The notes beneath the pieces are model-generated. The model was not told the origin of the DNA. It saw nothing but the letters and a program-made list of their open reading frames with translations, and made no database searches. Positions 39,675 to 49,604 of a stretch of DNA of 64,000 nt are shown here, one piece after another (positions within the stretch are counted from its first letter, which is position 1; the number at the start of each line of letters is the position of its first letter). The position numbers were made by a program, and so were the translations under genes. The DNA comes from Bdellovibrionales bacterium (GTDB taxonomy: Bacteria > Bdellovibrionota > Bdellovibrionia > Bdellovibrionales > UBA1609): contig JAYUKW010000033.1 in the NCBI GenBank assembly GCA_043764155.1, positions 6,126 to 70,125 of the forward strand, written 5' to 3'.

Positions 39675-41228
39675 TTAATCAAATGAACTTTTGATTTCTT
39701 TTAAGCTTCCATATATGTCAGACATAATATATTTGCGTTGATTGACGTAGTCTTCATTATTCAAAATTTCATCATACCAAGATCCAATATTACCAAAGCC
39801 TCTTACAAATTCTTCAACAAGTGCTATTTTAATTTTTTGTAATGGAAATTTTAGAGTGCTGTAGAGCTTTGGAATTTCAGAATCTTTTAGAACATTCTGT
39901 GCATACTCTGAAAAGCCATTAGAAGCTAAATCAGAGCAAATTTTGGATATGCCATCAGATGTTGAAAAATCAATATCATCATCTTGAAGTAACCAAACAG
40001 ACAACATAAAGGCTTCTAAAAAAGGGCTGTGAATTTTTTTGGCGAGATCCATGGCATTGCTAAGATCTCTTTTTAAATTTGCAAACAGATCGCTAATATT
40101 TCCTTTTTGTTTCTCATTAACAGCTTTAAGATCATTATCAGTTTTATTTTGGCATACATAGCTAAAAGCTATCATAGTCCACGGCTCGGGATTGGAAGCG
40201 GCAGAATACAACTCATTTTGTTTTATTGGCGGCGGTGTCGGGCAAATAATTTTTTCGAAAAGCAAAGGAGGAATAATAATTTCAATATTTTTTTTAAAAT
40301 CAAAAAATATTAAAAAGAGATTACCTAAAAATATGAGAGCAGGTTCAATCATCAAAAGTTCTCTACGAATTTCGATTTCAGACATCTCAGTATTAAATTT
40401 TCCCTTGAACTCTTCAGAATTTTCAGTTCTCCAAATAAGCTCGGTTAAAATCGCTTGCCAAAGCGCTGCTCCTCCGTTCTGTGCATCAATAAGCATTGTA
40501 ATTTCTTTTGTGCTAAGCGCTTCATCTTTTAAATATGGTAGCGTCTCAAAAGTTGAAGTCGGATGATTATAATTTGCATCTGGTTTGACTAGTTTATTTG
40601 TTAAATTGGAAGGAATGCTAAATGATTGCGTTTTTTCAGCCTTAGAATATTGAATTGTTTTTAAAATTTCATTACAAACATCAGATTTGTTATCAAAGTC
40701 TAATCGCATGAAGCGTTTTGCATCATCAACTGTACATGCATCATAATAGGTGCTGTAGTTTTTAATGTGAGAATTTAGCACTTGCAACCACAGCTCGTTA
40801 CGTTCACTCAAGCCTTCGTGTTGACAATCAATTAGGTCTATCATTTCCAAGCCACTAATATGAGTGGACCGAGAATAAACTGTTTCAAAAACAAAGAAGC
40901 GACAAAACCTATCTGAGGAAATTTGAACCGCTTTCTCCTCTGGGCTGAATCGCTCGAATATCTTTTGAGGAACTTTAAGAATCGAGCCCAATCTTACATA
41001 TTGTACGACTGTAAACGATTTTGAACGCAGCTCTTTAACCCAATCTAAATAGCTAATTAGATTTTCAGTAATGTCTAACAAAGCAAATGAGTAAGAGTTA
41101 ATTTTTTTGGGTTCAACAAGATCTATACCGTAAACGGCACTGAATTCAGCAGCGACTTTGGCATATTCGCTTTCATCAAGTTTTAAAAGCTGTGAAGTTA
41201 AAACGAAAAGTTGATCCTGTAACAGCAT
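39675..41228 (-). CDS. orphan 517-aa protein, no recognisable domain
   Basis: Long uninterrupted ORF with no signal peptide and one hydrophobic stretch (PALIFLGNLFLIFFDF). Flanked by 457-bp and 201-bp non-coding regions. Confidence 0.5.
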   Translation of the reverse strand: MLLQDQLFVLTSQLLKLDESEYAKVAAEFSAVYGIDLVEPKKINSYSFALLDITENLISYLDWVKELRSKSFTVVQYVRLGSILKVPQKIFERFSPEEKAVQISSDRFCRFFVFETVYSRSTHISGLEMIDLIDCQHEGLSERNELWLQVLNSHIKNYSTYYDACTVDDAKRFMRLDFDNKSDVCNEILKTIQYSKAEKTQSFSIPSNLTNKLVKPDANYNHPTSTFETLPYLKDEALSTKEITMLIDAQNGGAALWQAILTELIWRTENSEEFKGKFNTEMSEIEIRRELLMIEPALIFLGNLFLIFFDFKKNIEIIIPPLLFEKIICPTPPPIKQNELYSAASNPEPWTMIAFSYVCQNKTDNDLKAVNEKQKGNISDLFANLKRDLSNAMDLAKKIHSPFLEAFMLSVWLLQDDDIDFSTSDGISKICSDLASNGFSEYAQNVLKDSEIPKLYSTLKFPLQKIKIALVEEFVRGFGNIGSWYDEILNNEDYVNQRKYIMSDIYGSLKEIKSSFD

Positions 41229-41429
41229 AGCCTAACTCCAGTGCAAACTTATTTAATCAAAGGTAAATTTATAAAACCGTAAAAAAATTCTAACATTGAA
41301 GAATGATAAATACATGACTAGTCTTCACTATATTCGCTACCTGCACCAGATGAGTATGGCGCCGACAAAAGTCCAGATTCACTTTGGTCGAGTTCAGATC
41401 GTCATCCTTTAAAGACATACTAAAGTCAG

Positions 41430-42188
41430 ATGCTAAAAACTAAATCATTTTTGATTAAGGTAGCTGTTCTCGGTTTCTGTTTTCTATTTAAAATTTCAGT
41501 TCACGCCAGTCCCAGTCTTTTAAGTCCCCAGGTTTCAAAACCTTTTAGTAACGATCCTAATTTCTGTGATTTCAATCTTGAATACACTTACTTCGATCTT
41601 TGCTATTCGAATCTTCACAGACAATCCTTATGGGCTCAGCACATTTTAACTCGTGAGCAAATCAAAGGGCCTCAAGGCCGAACCAATAACTTCAGAAGTG
41701 ACCCCAGAGTATCGAATCCTGTAAATCAAAATGACTTTAAAGGTTCTGGCTTTGATCGGGGGCACTTAGTTCCTGCGGCCGATATGAAGTTAAATCAAAC
41801 CTCCATGTCAGAAACGTTCTTCATGACAAATATGTCTCCACAAAATCCAAATTTTAATTCGGGAATTTGGAACGCCTTGGAAGGATACATCAGAAATGAA
41901 GTTTCAAGCTTGGGGCCAGCTGTTATTATTACCGCCCCAGTTCTACTTAAAACTGAGACTTACCCTATGATTCGAAGCCAAGTTACTGTCCCTTCTGAAT
42001 ATTATAAAATCGCCTACTTTTATGAGTCCGATATCATTAAAGCTTTTTTAATTCCCAATCAGCCGTCCAATGGAAAAAAATATTCTGCATTTCAAATTTC
42101 AGTTGATGAGATCGAAAACTTAACAGGCTTAGATTTTTTTTCAGATTTAGAAGATCAAATTGAATCCGCGCTTGAGTCTGGTCTTTAA
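41430..42188 (+). CDS. secreted DNA/RNA non-specific endonuclease (NucA/Endonuclease_NS family)
   Basis: Signal peptide. Active-site motif GFDRGHLVPAADM and downstream FFMTNMSPQNPNFNSGIWNALE. Confidence 0.85.
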   Translation: MLKTKSFLIKVAVLGFCFLFKISVHASPSLLSPQVSKPFSNDPNFCDFNLEYTYFDLCYSNLHRQSLWAQHILTREQIKGPQGRTNNFRSDPRVSNPVNQNDFKGSGFDRGHLVPAADMKLNQTSMSETFFMTNMSPQNPNFNSGIWNALEGYIRNEVSSLGPAVIITAPVLLKTETYPMIRSQVTVPSEYYKIAYFYESDIIKAFLIPNQPSNGKKYSAFQISVDEIENLTGLDFFSDLEDQIESALESGL

Positions 42189-42253
42189 ATTCTAATCTAA
42201 AAAAACTATCCAACAATTTTATATTTATGTATGCTTAATAGTTAGGGGAATTC

Positions 42254-42841
42254 ATGTCGACAGCACATATTTTAAATTTTATTTTTACTTTTTTAATCTT
42301 TGTCATCACAGGGCCTTCTTTCATAATTTTATTTTTAGTAATGACCACCCCTATCTTAAATTTACTATTAAAACTTAGTTTTCTTTCTGATTTCAAAAAT
42401 CATACTATTTTAAAACCTTTTTTAAATTTTTATGGTTTTTTCTATTCTCCAGAAATGTTTTACTCCACACTAGCGTGCATTATAAATATCTTTATCACTT
42501 TTATCAGTTTAGGGATGCTTGGCGCTTTACTTTTTATTTTAATTACCCCTGGGCTAAATTTAATCTTTAGCGAACAGATCCCATTAAATTTAACTGGCAT
42601 TGATTACGCTTTTAAAAAATCTGGTCTTCATGGAGATAATAGTTGGCCGACTATTATCATGGTCTCAATTTTGTTTTCAATTGGTTTTTTAATCGCTGGA
42701 TTCGGCTTAAAAATTTTAAGATCTTATAATTTTAATTTCATAATTAATTCCGTGACCTATCTTTTTATACTTTGGCTTTGGGCTTTAGTCCTCTGGTCGA
42801 TGCACTGTTCAAAATGGTTTTTGCTAAAACCCATCAGTTGA
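42254..42841 (+). CDS. polytopic membrane protein, unknown function
   Basis: 195 aa with about 5-6 hydrophobic helices. No motif recognised. Confidence 0.5.
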   Translation: MSTAHILNFIFTFLIFVITGPSFIILFLVMTTPILNLLLKLSFLSDFKNHTILKPFLNFYGFFYSPEMFYSTLACIINIFITFISLGMLGALLFILITPGLNLIFSEQIPLNLTGIDYAFKKSGLHGDNSWPTIIMVSILFSIGFLIAGFGLKILRSYNFNFIINSVTYLFILWLWALVLWSMHCSKWFLLKPIS

Positions 42842-42856
42842 TACTAAAATAATGAA

Positions 42857-43690
42857 GTGAAACTCGAATTAAAAAAAACTTTGGTTTTATTCTTAGTTCT
42901 AAACATCGTCCTTTACAGTTTAAATGTTGGGGCTAGTTTAGATCCCAAAGCCTGTAAAAGAAATCCTCCACAAATACAAAACCGCGATGGAGCACAAAAC
43001 ATAAGTAATATTAGTTATGACTCCGCCCAGCTTATTTTTGAAGAGATTAAAAAATCCAGAAATAAAATCCCTTACTTAGAAGCAACAAAAAATTGTGAAA
43101 ACAGAGCCCATGCTATTTCAGAACTTCTATTTAAAAAATTTGGTTTATCTACAGTCAAAGTTTTTATTCAACCGAATAGATCTGTATCAAGCACTCAGAA
43201 TTCTGATTCCACATCAAACCCAATTGAATTTGGGGCCACTGGATCTGCATATCTCTCTGGTGGTGACGACAAAGTCTTGCTTACCCCAACATCCAAAGTG
43301 TCGCAAAGAGCTTACTCTTGGGACTATCACACGGCTCCTGCAATCTGTGTTGTAAGAAACGGTAAATCAGAGCTGTTTGTTTTAGATCCCTCTTTATTCA
43401 ACCAACCTACTCATTACATCGAATGGCAGAATCTTGTGACCAAAGGGCTAAGCCAAAATCAATTCGAGTCCTACTCAACTTCAATGTTTAATATTTCAAG
43501 ATTAGACGAAACAATTTCGTCACCTCGACATACAGATTTCAGTCGAGAGAATTCAAGACTTGTAACTCGAAATCTTCGCTTAGATTGGAGCCAACACCGT
43601 CGACTGCTTCGTAGTGTGCCTTCACTGAATTCAACTAAAAGTTCAACTAATGACTCAACTAACGGCTCAACAGCTGAAGGAACAAACTAA
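42857..43690 (+). CDS. secreted protein-glutamine glutaminase-like (papain-fold Cys-His-Asp) enzyme
   Basis: GTG start and a signal peptide. KNCENRAHAI (Cys80), YSWDYHTAPA (His158) and FVLDPSLF (Asp177) mirror, from memory, DGCYARAHKM / AWSYHVAI / IIDPSLF of Chryseobacterium protein-glutaminase. S/T/N-rich C-terminal tail. Confidence 0.55.
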   Translation: MKLELKKTLVLFLVLNIVLYSLNVGASLDPKACKRNPPQIQNRDGAQNISNISYDSAQLIFEEIKKSRNKIPYLEATKNCENRAHAISELLFKKFGLSTVKVFIQPNRSVSSTQNSDSTSNPIEFGATGSAYLSGGDDKVLLTPTSKVSQRAYSWDYHTAPAICVVRNGKSELFVLDPSLFNQPTHYIEWQNLVTKGLSQNQFESYSTSMFNISRLDETISSPRHTDFSRENSRLVTRNLRLDWSQHRRLLRSVPSLNSTKSSTNDSTNGSTAEGTN

Positions 43691-43744
43691 GTATCAACAA
43701 ACTCATAAGTAACTAAAACTATTTTATTTTTTTTAATATCTTGC

Positions 43745-44275
43745 TTAAGACTTAGAAATTAAATTTTTAAAGAACCACAAAATTTTTGCATTTAGAGCGA
43801 ATTGGGGCCAAAAAAAATTCATTAGTAAATTCCAAATAGGAACAAAGAAATTCCTAACTCCGGTGGTTAACTTCAAAGTCACTTTGCTTTTGTTAGAACC
43901 CAAATCATGAGTCCAAACCTCTAAACACAAAGGTCTTATTAATCGAAAGGTCAAAGCATAAGACCCATAAAGATAATCCAAGCGTCGGTATTCAGAGCTG
44001 ATCTTAGTCATCACTCCTGCGAACTGAATCCAGGGTCCATGATGATTAGTGTAATCACCCTCTTTCATTAAAGGGTCTTTATTTTCGGGTAAAAATTCAA
44101 CTTTGTAAGGAGGAAGCTGTCCCGAACTAAATGTCTTTTTTTTAAGCAACCATTCAAAAGATTCTGTCTGTGAAATAGGTAAAGTGAAAGAAATTTCATA
44201 TACGTGAGTTCTAAAACTTTGCGGCAAGGGCTGGGAAGCAAATATAGATTTTGTCATAGTCTTAAAAAATCTCAC
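43745..44275 (-). CDS. hypothetical protein
   Basis: 176-aa ORF with no motif recognised. Confidence 0.4.
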   Translation of the reverse strand: MRFFKTMTKSIFASQPLPQSFRTHVYEISFTLPISQTESFEWLLKKKTFSSGQLPPYKVEFLPENKDPLMKEGDYTNHHGPWIQFAGVMTKISSEYRRLDYLYGSYALTFRLIRPLCLEVWTHDLGSNKSKVTLKLTTGVRNFFVPIWNLLMNFFWPQFALNAKILWFFKNLISKS

Positions 44276-44380
44276 TGACTTCAGAAAATAACAAGTGTTT
44301 ACCTGTTTGTAGTTTTTATTTTGAGAATTTGGTTTTATATGTCATAAGAATCCAACAGCTTTTCCTGAGGGGGGAAATCA

Positions 44381-44833
44381 ATGCACACGTCCATCTTTTT
44401 AAAATCAATAATGTTCTTAAGCCTTTTTATTAGCCAAGCGTCTTGGGCAAAATCTAAAATTTCAATTCCACTTAATTTTGGTTCCAGTTATGAATTTGGT
44501 TTGTTTCCAACGAGTGGTCCGTCCACAAAAACTAAACATCAACAGTCCTTGCCAAGCTGTGAAGATGTTAAAAACGTAGATTTTAGGAATGCACCCGGTG
44601 TGAACGCCAACCAAGGCTACTGCTATGGTGAAGTATCACCAGAAGATCCTGAATTTAATAACTATGCCCTTATTTTTTACGGGGAGTACTTTAATATCGA
44701 TGGGGAACTTTTTAGAATCCTCGAACGAAATCCATTATTAATGACGATCGCTCAGTTTTTAAAAGTGTGTATACCTCTTGGTGGTGTTTTAGATCCTGAT
44801 GGCTTTAGATGCGAATACAGAGTGTCGTTCTAG
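44381..44833 (+). CDS. small secreted Cys-containing hypothetical protein
   Basis: 150 aa with a signal peptide (LSLFISQASWA). Confidence 0.45.
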   Translation: MHTSIFLKSIMFLSLFISQASWAKSKISIPLNFGSSYEFGLFPTSGPSTKTKHQQSLPSCEDVKNVDFRNAPGVNANQGYCYGEVSPEDPEFNNYALIFYGEYFNIDGELFRILERNPLLMTIAQFLKVCIPLGGVLDPDGFRCEYRVSF

Positions 44834-44842
44834 TTAAATGTT

Positions 44843-44882
44843 AAATTAATAAAGCAAAACACGATTTTTGCTTTATTAATTT
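44843..44882. terminator. bidirectional hairpin between convergent genes
   Basis: AAATTAATAAAGCAAAA (44843-44859) pairs with TTTTGCTTTATTAATTT (44866-44882). Perfect 17-bp arms. Confidence 0.55.
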
Positions 44883-44886
44883 AAAT

Positions 44887-45663
44887 TTATTTATATAAAC
44901 TAACTGAAATATTTGAATCTTGGTAGCCGCCATCTGTTCTCAGCTGCTTAGCTAAACTATTAATATCTATAGGGAAGTAATCTGAAAAGTTGACTCCAAA
45001 AAAGTGAGCGGCAGAGTATCTTAGTTTGGCAAAACGTAAATTTTTAATCTGTAAATGCAAGTGCGTAGAGCCTTCTAATGTATCGTAATTTGTATCTGTG
45101 AAAACATTTAGACTTGGAGATTCATTTGTCAAAAACAAAACACTTACATTTAAAGTCTTAATTAAACTATTGATGTATTTTGAATTTGACTCAAAAAATG
45201 CAACCAAATCCGGACCGTTAAAATGAATAGAGATTTTAGTAGGATTTACTTCAATACTGCTAACATTAATAATCTGGCTTAACGCCATTTCAATTTTAAT
45301 AGCTGTCATAAGTCGTCCATCACGAACAATACTTGAATCATTTCGATAAGCCGCTGGCAAATTTAGTGAAGAGAAATTTGCAGCAAAATGATTTGAAATA
45401 GTAATTCTATAAATTTTTCTAGATGCCATAAAATCAAAAAGAATAACTTTGTCTTCATCAGCTAAATTGTGAAGGTCGTTTAAAACTTTTTCGACTTCAT
45501 AGCTGGATTTAACATATTTGATATCAAATGTTGCGGCTTCAACCATACTATTGAATTGAACAATTTTATTTAGCCTTACTTCTAAATCTAAATAATCAGC
45601 ACAAATATTAGCTTCAGCATTAATCGTTAGAAACATTGAATATAAAAATAAAAGCCTGATCAT
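44887..45663 (-). CDS. secreted hypothetical protein
   Basis: 258 aa with a signal peptide (LFLYSMFLTINAEA). No motif recognised. Confidence 0.45.
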   Translation of the reverse strand: MIRLLFLYSMFLTINAEANICADYLDLEVRLNKIVQFNSMVEAATFDIKYVKSSYEVEKVLNDLHNLADEDKVILFDFMASRKIYRITISNHFAANFSSLNLPAAYRNDSSIVRDGRLMTAIKIEMALSQIINVSSIEVNPTKISIHFNGPDLVAFFESNSKYINSLIKTLNVSVLFLTNESPSLNVFTDTNYDTLEGSTHLHLQIKNLRFAKLRYSAAHFFGVNFSDYFPIDINSLAKQLRTDGGYQDSNISVSLYK

Positions 45664-45813
45664 GTGATCTCCATAATGCTAATAAATTAAAATTTGACTA
45701 AGCATTTAAGCAACTAATATGCCGTGCTACATCTTTTGCAGTTACCAATTAACACTTAGAAATGTTTCTAGATATGTGATTAGTAAAAATCACAATAGTT
45801 AGGGGTACATAAG

Positions 45814-46818
45814 ATGATTCAAACAAAAAAAGTCCTATTATTTATGACAAAACTTGTCACCTTCCTTGTTTTGACTGGCTGTAATGACAATTCTAAGCTT
45901 ATGGCTCCGCGACTTAATCCCATCGAAACTTCAGCCTTAGGTATGAACTTTAACAACGTTGGTTTTGTAACGTCGTCAGATTCCGAAGCAGAACTTCTGG
46001 CACAGATTGAAAATAACAACCTTAAGTCAGAGACCCTGATTGAGGCCTTTTTAGCTTTTCAAAAAAACGCTTACTTAGCAAAAAAACAGACAAATCGAAA
46101 TGGGCCAGATTTAGATACTAGTACTCTTATTCCATCCGAATCCGAGATTCTAAATAAGATTAAATTTTATTTACAAGGTATCAACTTAAAAACAAATTTA
46201 AATCAACTCAAAAATCTTTTTGAAAAAAATATGGAATCTGATTTAGGTGAACTTATCTATAATAAAAAGCACTCCTCACTTTGGGCCGTTCTTCAAGACC
46301 AAAAAATTCAAAGCTATTCTGGAACAAACTTATTTGAAGTGATTCGAAGATTTAGATCAGAAAGGCAATTCAATGCCGACAACGGGGTTGTAATATTTGA
46401 AAAAGGTCATGTTCTTCCTGGTTACATGGTTTGGACTGGTAAAGACAACTACGACCTCATCGGAATTGAAATGACCGTCAGAGGACGAGCTGAAAAAAAA
46501 TATGGTTCAGTTAAAAATTTATCTGACGTCCGCGTTGTCGAATCTAATATTTATTTGGTCACCCAAATTTTTGAAAGTAAAATCACAAATGTACTTGAAG
46601 TTTTTAAAAATGGACTTGTACTTACTGCCAAAAAATATGGAATTCCTTTAGACAAAATTGAAGAGTCCATCCCCGACCCGCTTCTAAGACTAGATTATAA
46701 AGACCTTCCCCAAGAATCAAATTTAACTTTACGACTTAGGTTAAGTGACAGTTTAAGTTCGTCTCTATTTTCTTTTGGGTATTCTGATATTCCTGATGGT
46801 GATTTAAATTCTCGATAA
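45814..46818 (+). CDS. hypothetical lipoprotein
   Basis: 334 aa with lipobox LVLTGCNDN. Confidence 0.5.
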   Translation: MIQTKKVLLFMTKLVTFLVLTGCNDNSKLMAPRLNPIETSALGMNFNNVGFVTSSDSEAELLAQIENNNLKSETLIEAFLAFQKNAYLAKKQTNRNGPDLDTSTLIPSESEILNKIKFYLQGINLKTNLNQLKNLFEKNMESDLGELIYNKKHSSLWAVLQDQKIQSYSGTNLFEVIRRFRSERQFNADNGVVIFEKGHVLPGYMVWTGKDNYDLIGIEMTVRGRAEKKYGSVKNLSDVRVVESNIYLVTQIFESKITNVLEVFKNGLVLTAKKYGIPLDKIEESIPDPLLRLDYKDLPQESNLTLRLRLSDSLSSSLFSFGYSDIPDGDLNSR

Positions 46819-46876
46819 TCAGTAAAACAATAGACTTTGGTTTACAAAAAAAAAATTTTTGTAAATACTGGGACTA

Positions 46877-47584
46877 ATGAAAAAAACAAAATTAAATAAG
46901 TTTTCAAAAAAGTCTTTAGATTTTTTAGTCAAAGCTGGAAAGCAAAAACATCCCGATTGGTTAGAAAAAAATAAGATTGAATATGAAGAGGTCTTAAAAA
47001 TTCCTTTTATTACTTTGGCAAAAGAAATAAAGGCAAAGCTTAAACCTTTGGCTCCAAGTTACCACTTTCCAAGCACAGGCTTGGCGCGTATTAAGCGTCC
47101 AGAATTTAAAGTCTTAGGTGGACAGCCTCAGTTTAAAGATTGGATTTCCATGATTGCCTCTAAGCCTTCAGCAACTAGGTTTGAAAGTAATCCTCATTTA
47201 TTTTTTGGACTATTTCCGAATGAAAAGCAAAAAATTCTTTTGGCTGGTGGCTTATGGCAGCCGACCTCAAATCAAACTCGAAAAATCCGACACGCCATTA
47301 GTCAAGATTCAGAACCTTTTCATCAATTGTTTAAAGATTCTAAATTTAAGTCTTCATTCAAAAAAGGATTTTCCCTTGATAATCAGGCGATCCGAACACC
47401 GAAAGGGTTTTCTGAGGATCAACCTGATTTAGAATGGATTCGACTAAAAAATTTCGTGGTGATGAAAGAATTTTCGATCACACAGTTTTCATCACCGAAA
47501 TTCTCGGACCTAGTTATAGCGGATTTTACGCAAGCTTTAAGATTAAATAAACTTTTAGAAAACGCATTAATGTCCAGGATGTAA
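46877..47584 (+). CDS. DUF2461 (TIGR02453) family protein
   Basis: 235 aa. The N-terminal FSKKSLDFLVKAGKQKHPDWLEKNKIEYEEVLKIPF pattern is recalled from DUF2461. Confidence 0.55.
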   Translation: MKKTKLNKFSKKSLDFLVKAGKQKHPDWLEKNKIEYEEVLKIPFITLAKEIKAKLKPLAPSYHFPSTGLARIKRPEFKVLGGQPQFKDWISMIASKPSATRFESNPHLFFGLFPNEKQKILLAGGLWQPTSNQTRKIRHAISQDSEPFHQLFKDSKFKSSFKKGFSLDNQAIRTPKGFSEDQPDLEWIRLKNFVVMKEFSITQFSSPKFSDLVIADFTQALRLNKLLENALMSRM

Positions 47585-47598
47585 TCAGCCTGGTAAGG

Positions 47599-48954
47599 CT
47601 AAATCACTTCAGCGATTAAATCATATTCAAAGACATCATTTATTCTAACTTTAACAATGTCACCCTGATTTAGAATCTTGCCTTGAGTGTCGTTAATGAT
47701 CACCTGCCCATCGATTTCAGGGGCCTGACCATAATGTCTAGATGAAATCAGAAGCTCAGTCTCTTCGTGATAACCTTCAACTAAAACTTCAACTTCTCGA
47801 CCCAACCATTTTTCATTATTTGATTCTGCGATTTCTTTTTGAAGTTCATAAATTTTTTCAAAACGTTCATCAATTACACTTTGATCAATCTTCCCACCTA
47901 ATCTAAAGGCAGGGGTCCCATCTTCATCAGAATATTTAAAAACCCCTAAGTGATCAAATTTAGCTGTTTTAACCCCTTCATAGAGCTGATTAAAATCATC
48001 TTCGGTTTCACCCGGAAAACCAACAATGACAGAGGTACGAATAACCACGTCAGGGATTTTTTCTCTTAAGCGCTGAAGTCTTTCTAAGATTTTTTCGCCC
48101 GTGATTTTTCTGTTCATTCGTCTTAAAACAGAAGTCGAGAAATGCTGAACGGGCATATCTAAGTAGCGAGCAATTTTTTTAGAATTTGCGATCTTTTGAA
48201 TGATCTCGTCTGTTAATTCATCTGGATAATAGTAAAACAATCTGGCCCAATGAAGTCCTTTGACAGATTCTAGGCCATCTAAAAGTTGATACAACATCTG
48301 TCCTTTGTCTTCTGACAAATCCACACCATAACTTGATAAATCTTGTGAAATCACATTTAATTCTTTAACTCCTGAATTCACCAAATTCTGCGCTTCGGTC
48401 ACAAGGGATTCCACAGTACGACTTCTTAAAGACCCACGAAGTGTTGGTATGATACAGAAGGTGCACTTACGATTACAACCCTCAGACACCTTAAGCCAAG
48501 CTGTGTGCTTCGGCGTAGTTTGAAGGCGAGGATCAAATTCTGTGTGAATGTATTTAGGAATTTCAACAAAAGATTTTTTTTGTAATTTCCCTTCATCTAA
48601 AGCTTTTAAAAACTGGGTGATTTTAGCGTATTCACCAGTTCCAATAATTAAATCCACTTCTGGAATTTCAGCTTCGATTTCAGAACTGTAGCGCTGGGCC
48701 ATACATCCTGAAACCACCAAAACTTTACACTGACCTGAGTCTTTATATTCAGACAGATCTAAAATTTCACGAATGGATTCTTTTTTAGCCTCTTCAATGA
48801 AAGAACATGTGTTTATAATAATGACTTCCGCTTTTTCTGGGTCCATTTGAATTTGATAGCCATCAAGGCCTAAGTGGCCCAACATCACTTGGGAATCCAC
48901 AAGGTTTTTAGAACAGCCTAAAGAAGAAAAATAAACGTTTTTTTCAAAATTCAA
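47599..48954 (-). CDS. rimO: ribosomal protein S12 methylthiotransferase RimO (radical SAM MTTase)
   Basis: SLGCSKNLVDSQ N-terminal cluster, radical-SAM CNRKCTFCIIP, ISQDLSSYGVDL, VGFPGETEDDF, and a TRAM end APEIDGQVII...EYDLIAEV. These align by eye with E. coli RimO. Confidence 0.9.
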   Translation of the reverse strand: MNFEKNVYFSSLGCSKNLVDSQVMLGHLGLDGYQIQMDPEKAEVIIINTCSFIEEAKKESIREILDLSEYKDSGQCKVLVVSGCMAQRYSSEIEAEIPEVDLIIGTGEYAKITQFLKALDEGKLQKKSFVEIPKYIHTEFDPRLQTTPKHTAWLKVSEGCNRKCTFCIIPTLRGSLRSRTVESLVTEAQNLVNSGVKELNVISQDLSSYGVDLSEDKGQMLYQLLDGLESVKGLHWARLFYYYPDELTDEIIQKIANSKKIARYLDMPVQHFSTSVLRRMNRKITGEKILERLQRLREKIPDVVIRTSVIVGFPGETEDDFNQLYEGVKTAKFDHLGVFKYSDEDGTPAFRLGGKIDQSVIDERFEKIYELQKEIAESNNEKWLGREVEVLVEGYHEETELLISSRHYGQAPEIDGQVIINDTQGKILNQGDIVKVRINDVFEYDLIAEVI

Positions 48955-49163
48955 TTCGATACACCTTTGTTGGATTTATCTGACATGTATATCCGTCTTG
49001 AGCTTACAAATAAAGCAGAATTATATAAACGCCTTAAATTTGAAGCCTTTATATCAAAATAGGGATTTGTAATCGTAAGAACACTTAATTTAGGACCTTA
49101 AAAGTCTGTTTGAGGTTTTAAATTACTGCTTGCGAATATAAAAACCAATGATAGCCTTTTAAC

Positions 49164-49604
49164 ATGACTCAAAATCTTTTATCCTATCAGCTGCTTTTAC
49201 CCGTTCTAATTTACGCCCTTTACATTTTATTCATGTACTTTTTTATGTTTTTAGTCAGAGCAAAATCCGTCGCATCTGGTAAGACTTCCATTAAATACTT
49301 TAAGACTTACAATACAACTGAAGTCGACCCCTACGTGCTTGTAGTTGGACGACATCTTGAAAATCAATACGAACTGCCAATGTTATTTTTTATTTTAAAT
49401 ATTTTGACTATTATTTTAAATTTTAGCAGTCCCGCATTTTTAATTTTAGCTTGGACCTTCGTTGGCTTAAGGTTGGCTCATAGCTTTGTCCACTTAACTT
49501 CAAACAAAGTGGGTTTAAGAGCCAAAATATTTGGTCTCGGACTTTTAGTTTTAATCATCCAAACTTTTTTGATTTTATTCTTTTCACTTTATGTAATGAG
49601 TTAG
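49164..49604 (+). CDS. MAPEG-family membrane protein
   Basis: 146 aa with 4 TM helices. RHLENQYELPMLFF and LRLAHSFVHL resemble MAPEG motifs. Confidence 0.5.
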   Translation: MTQNLLSYQLLLPVLIYALYILFMYFFMFLVRAKSVASGKTSIKYFKTYNTTEVDPYVLVVGRHLENQYELPMLFFILNILTIILNFSSPAFLILAWTFVGLRLAHSFVHLTSNKVGLRAKIFGLGLLVLIIQTFLILFFSLYVMS

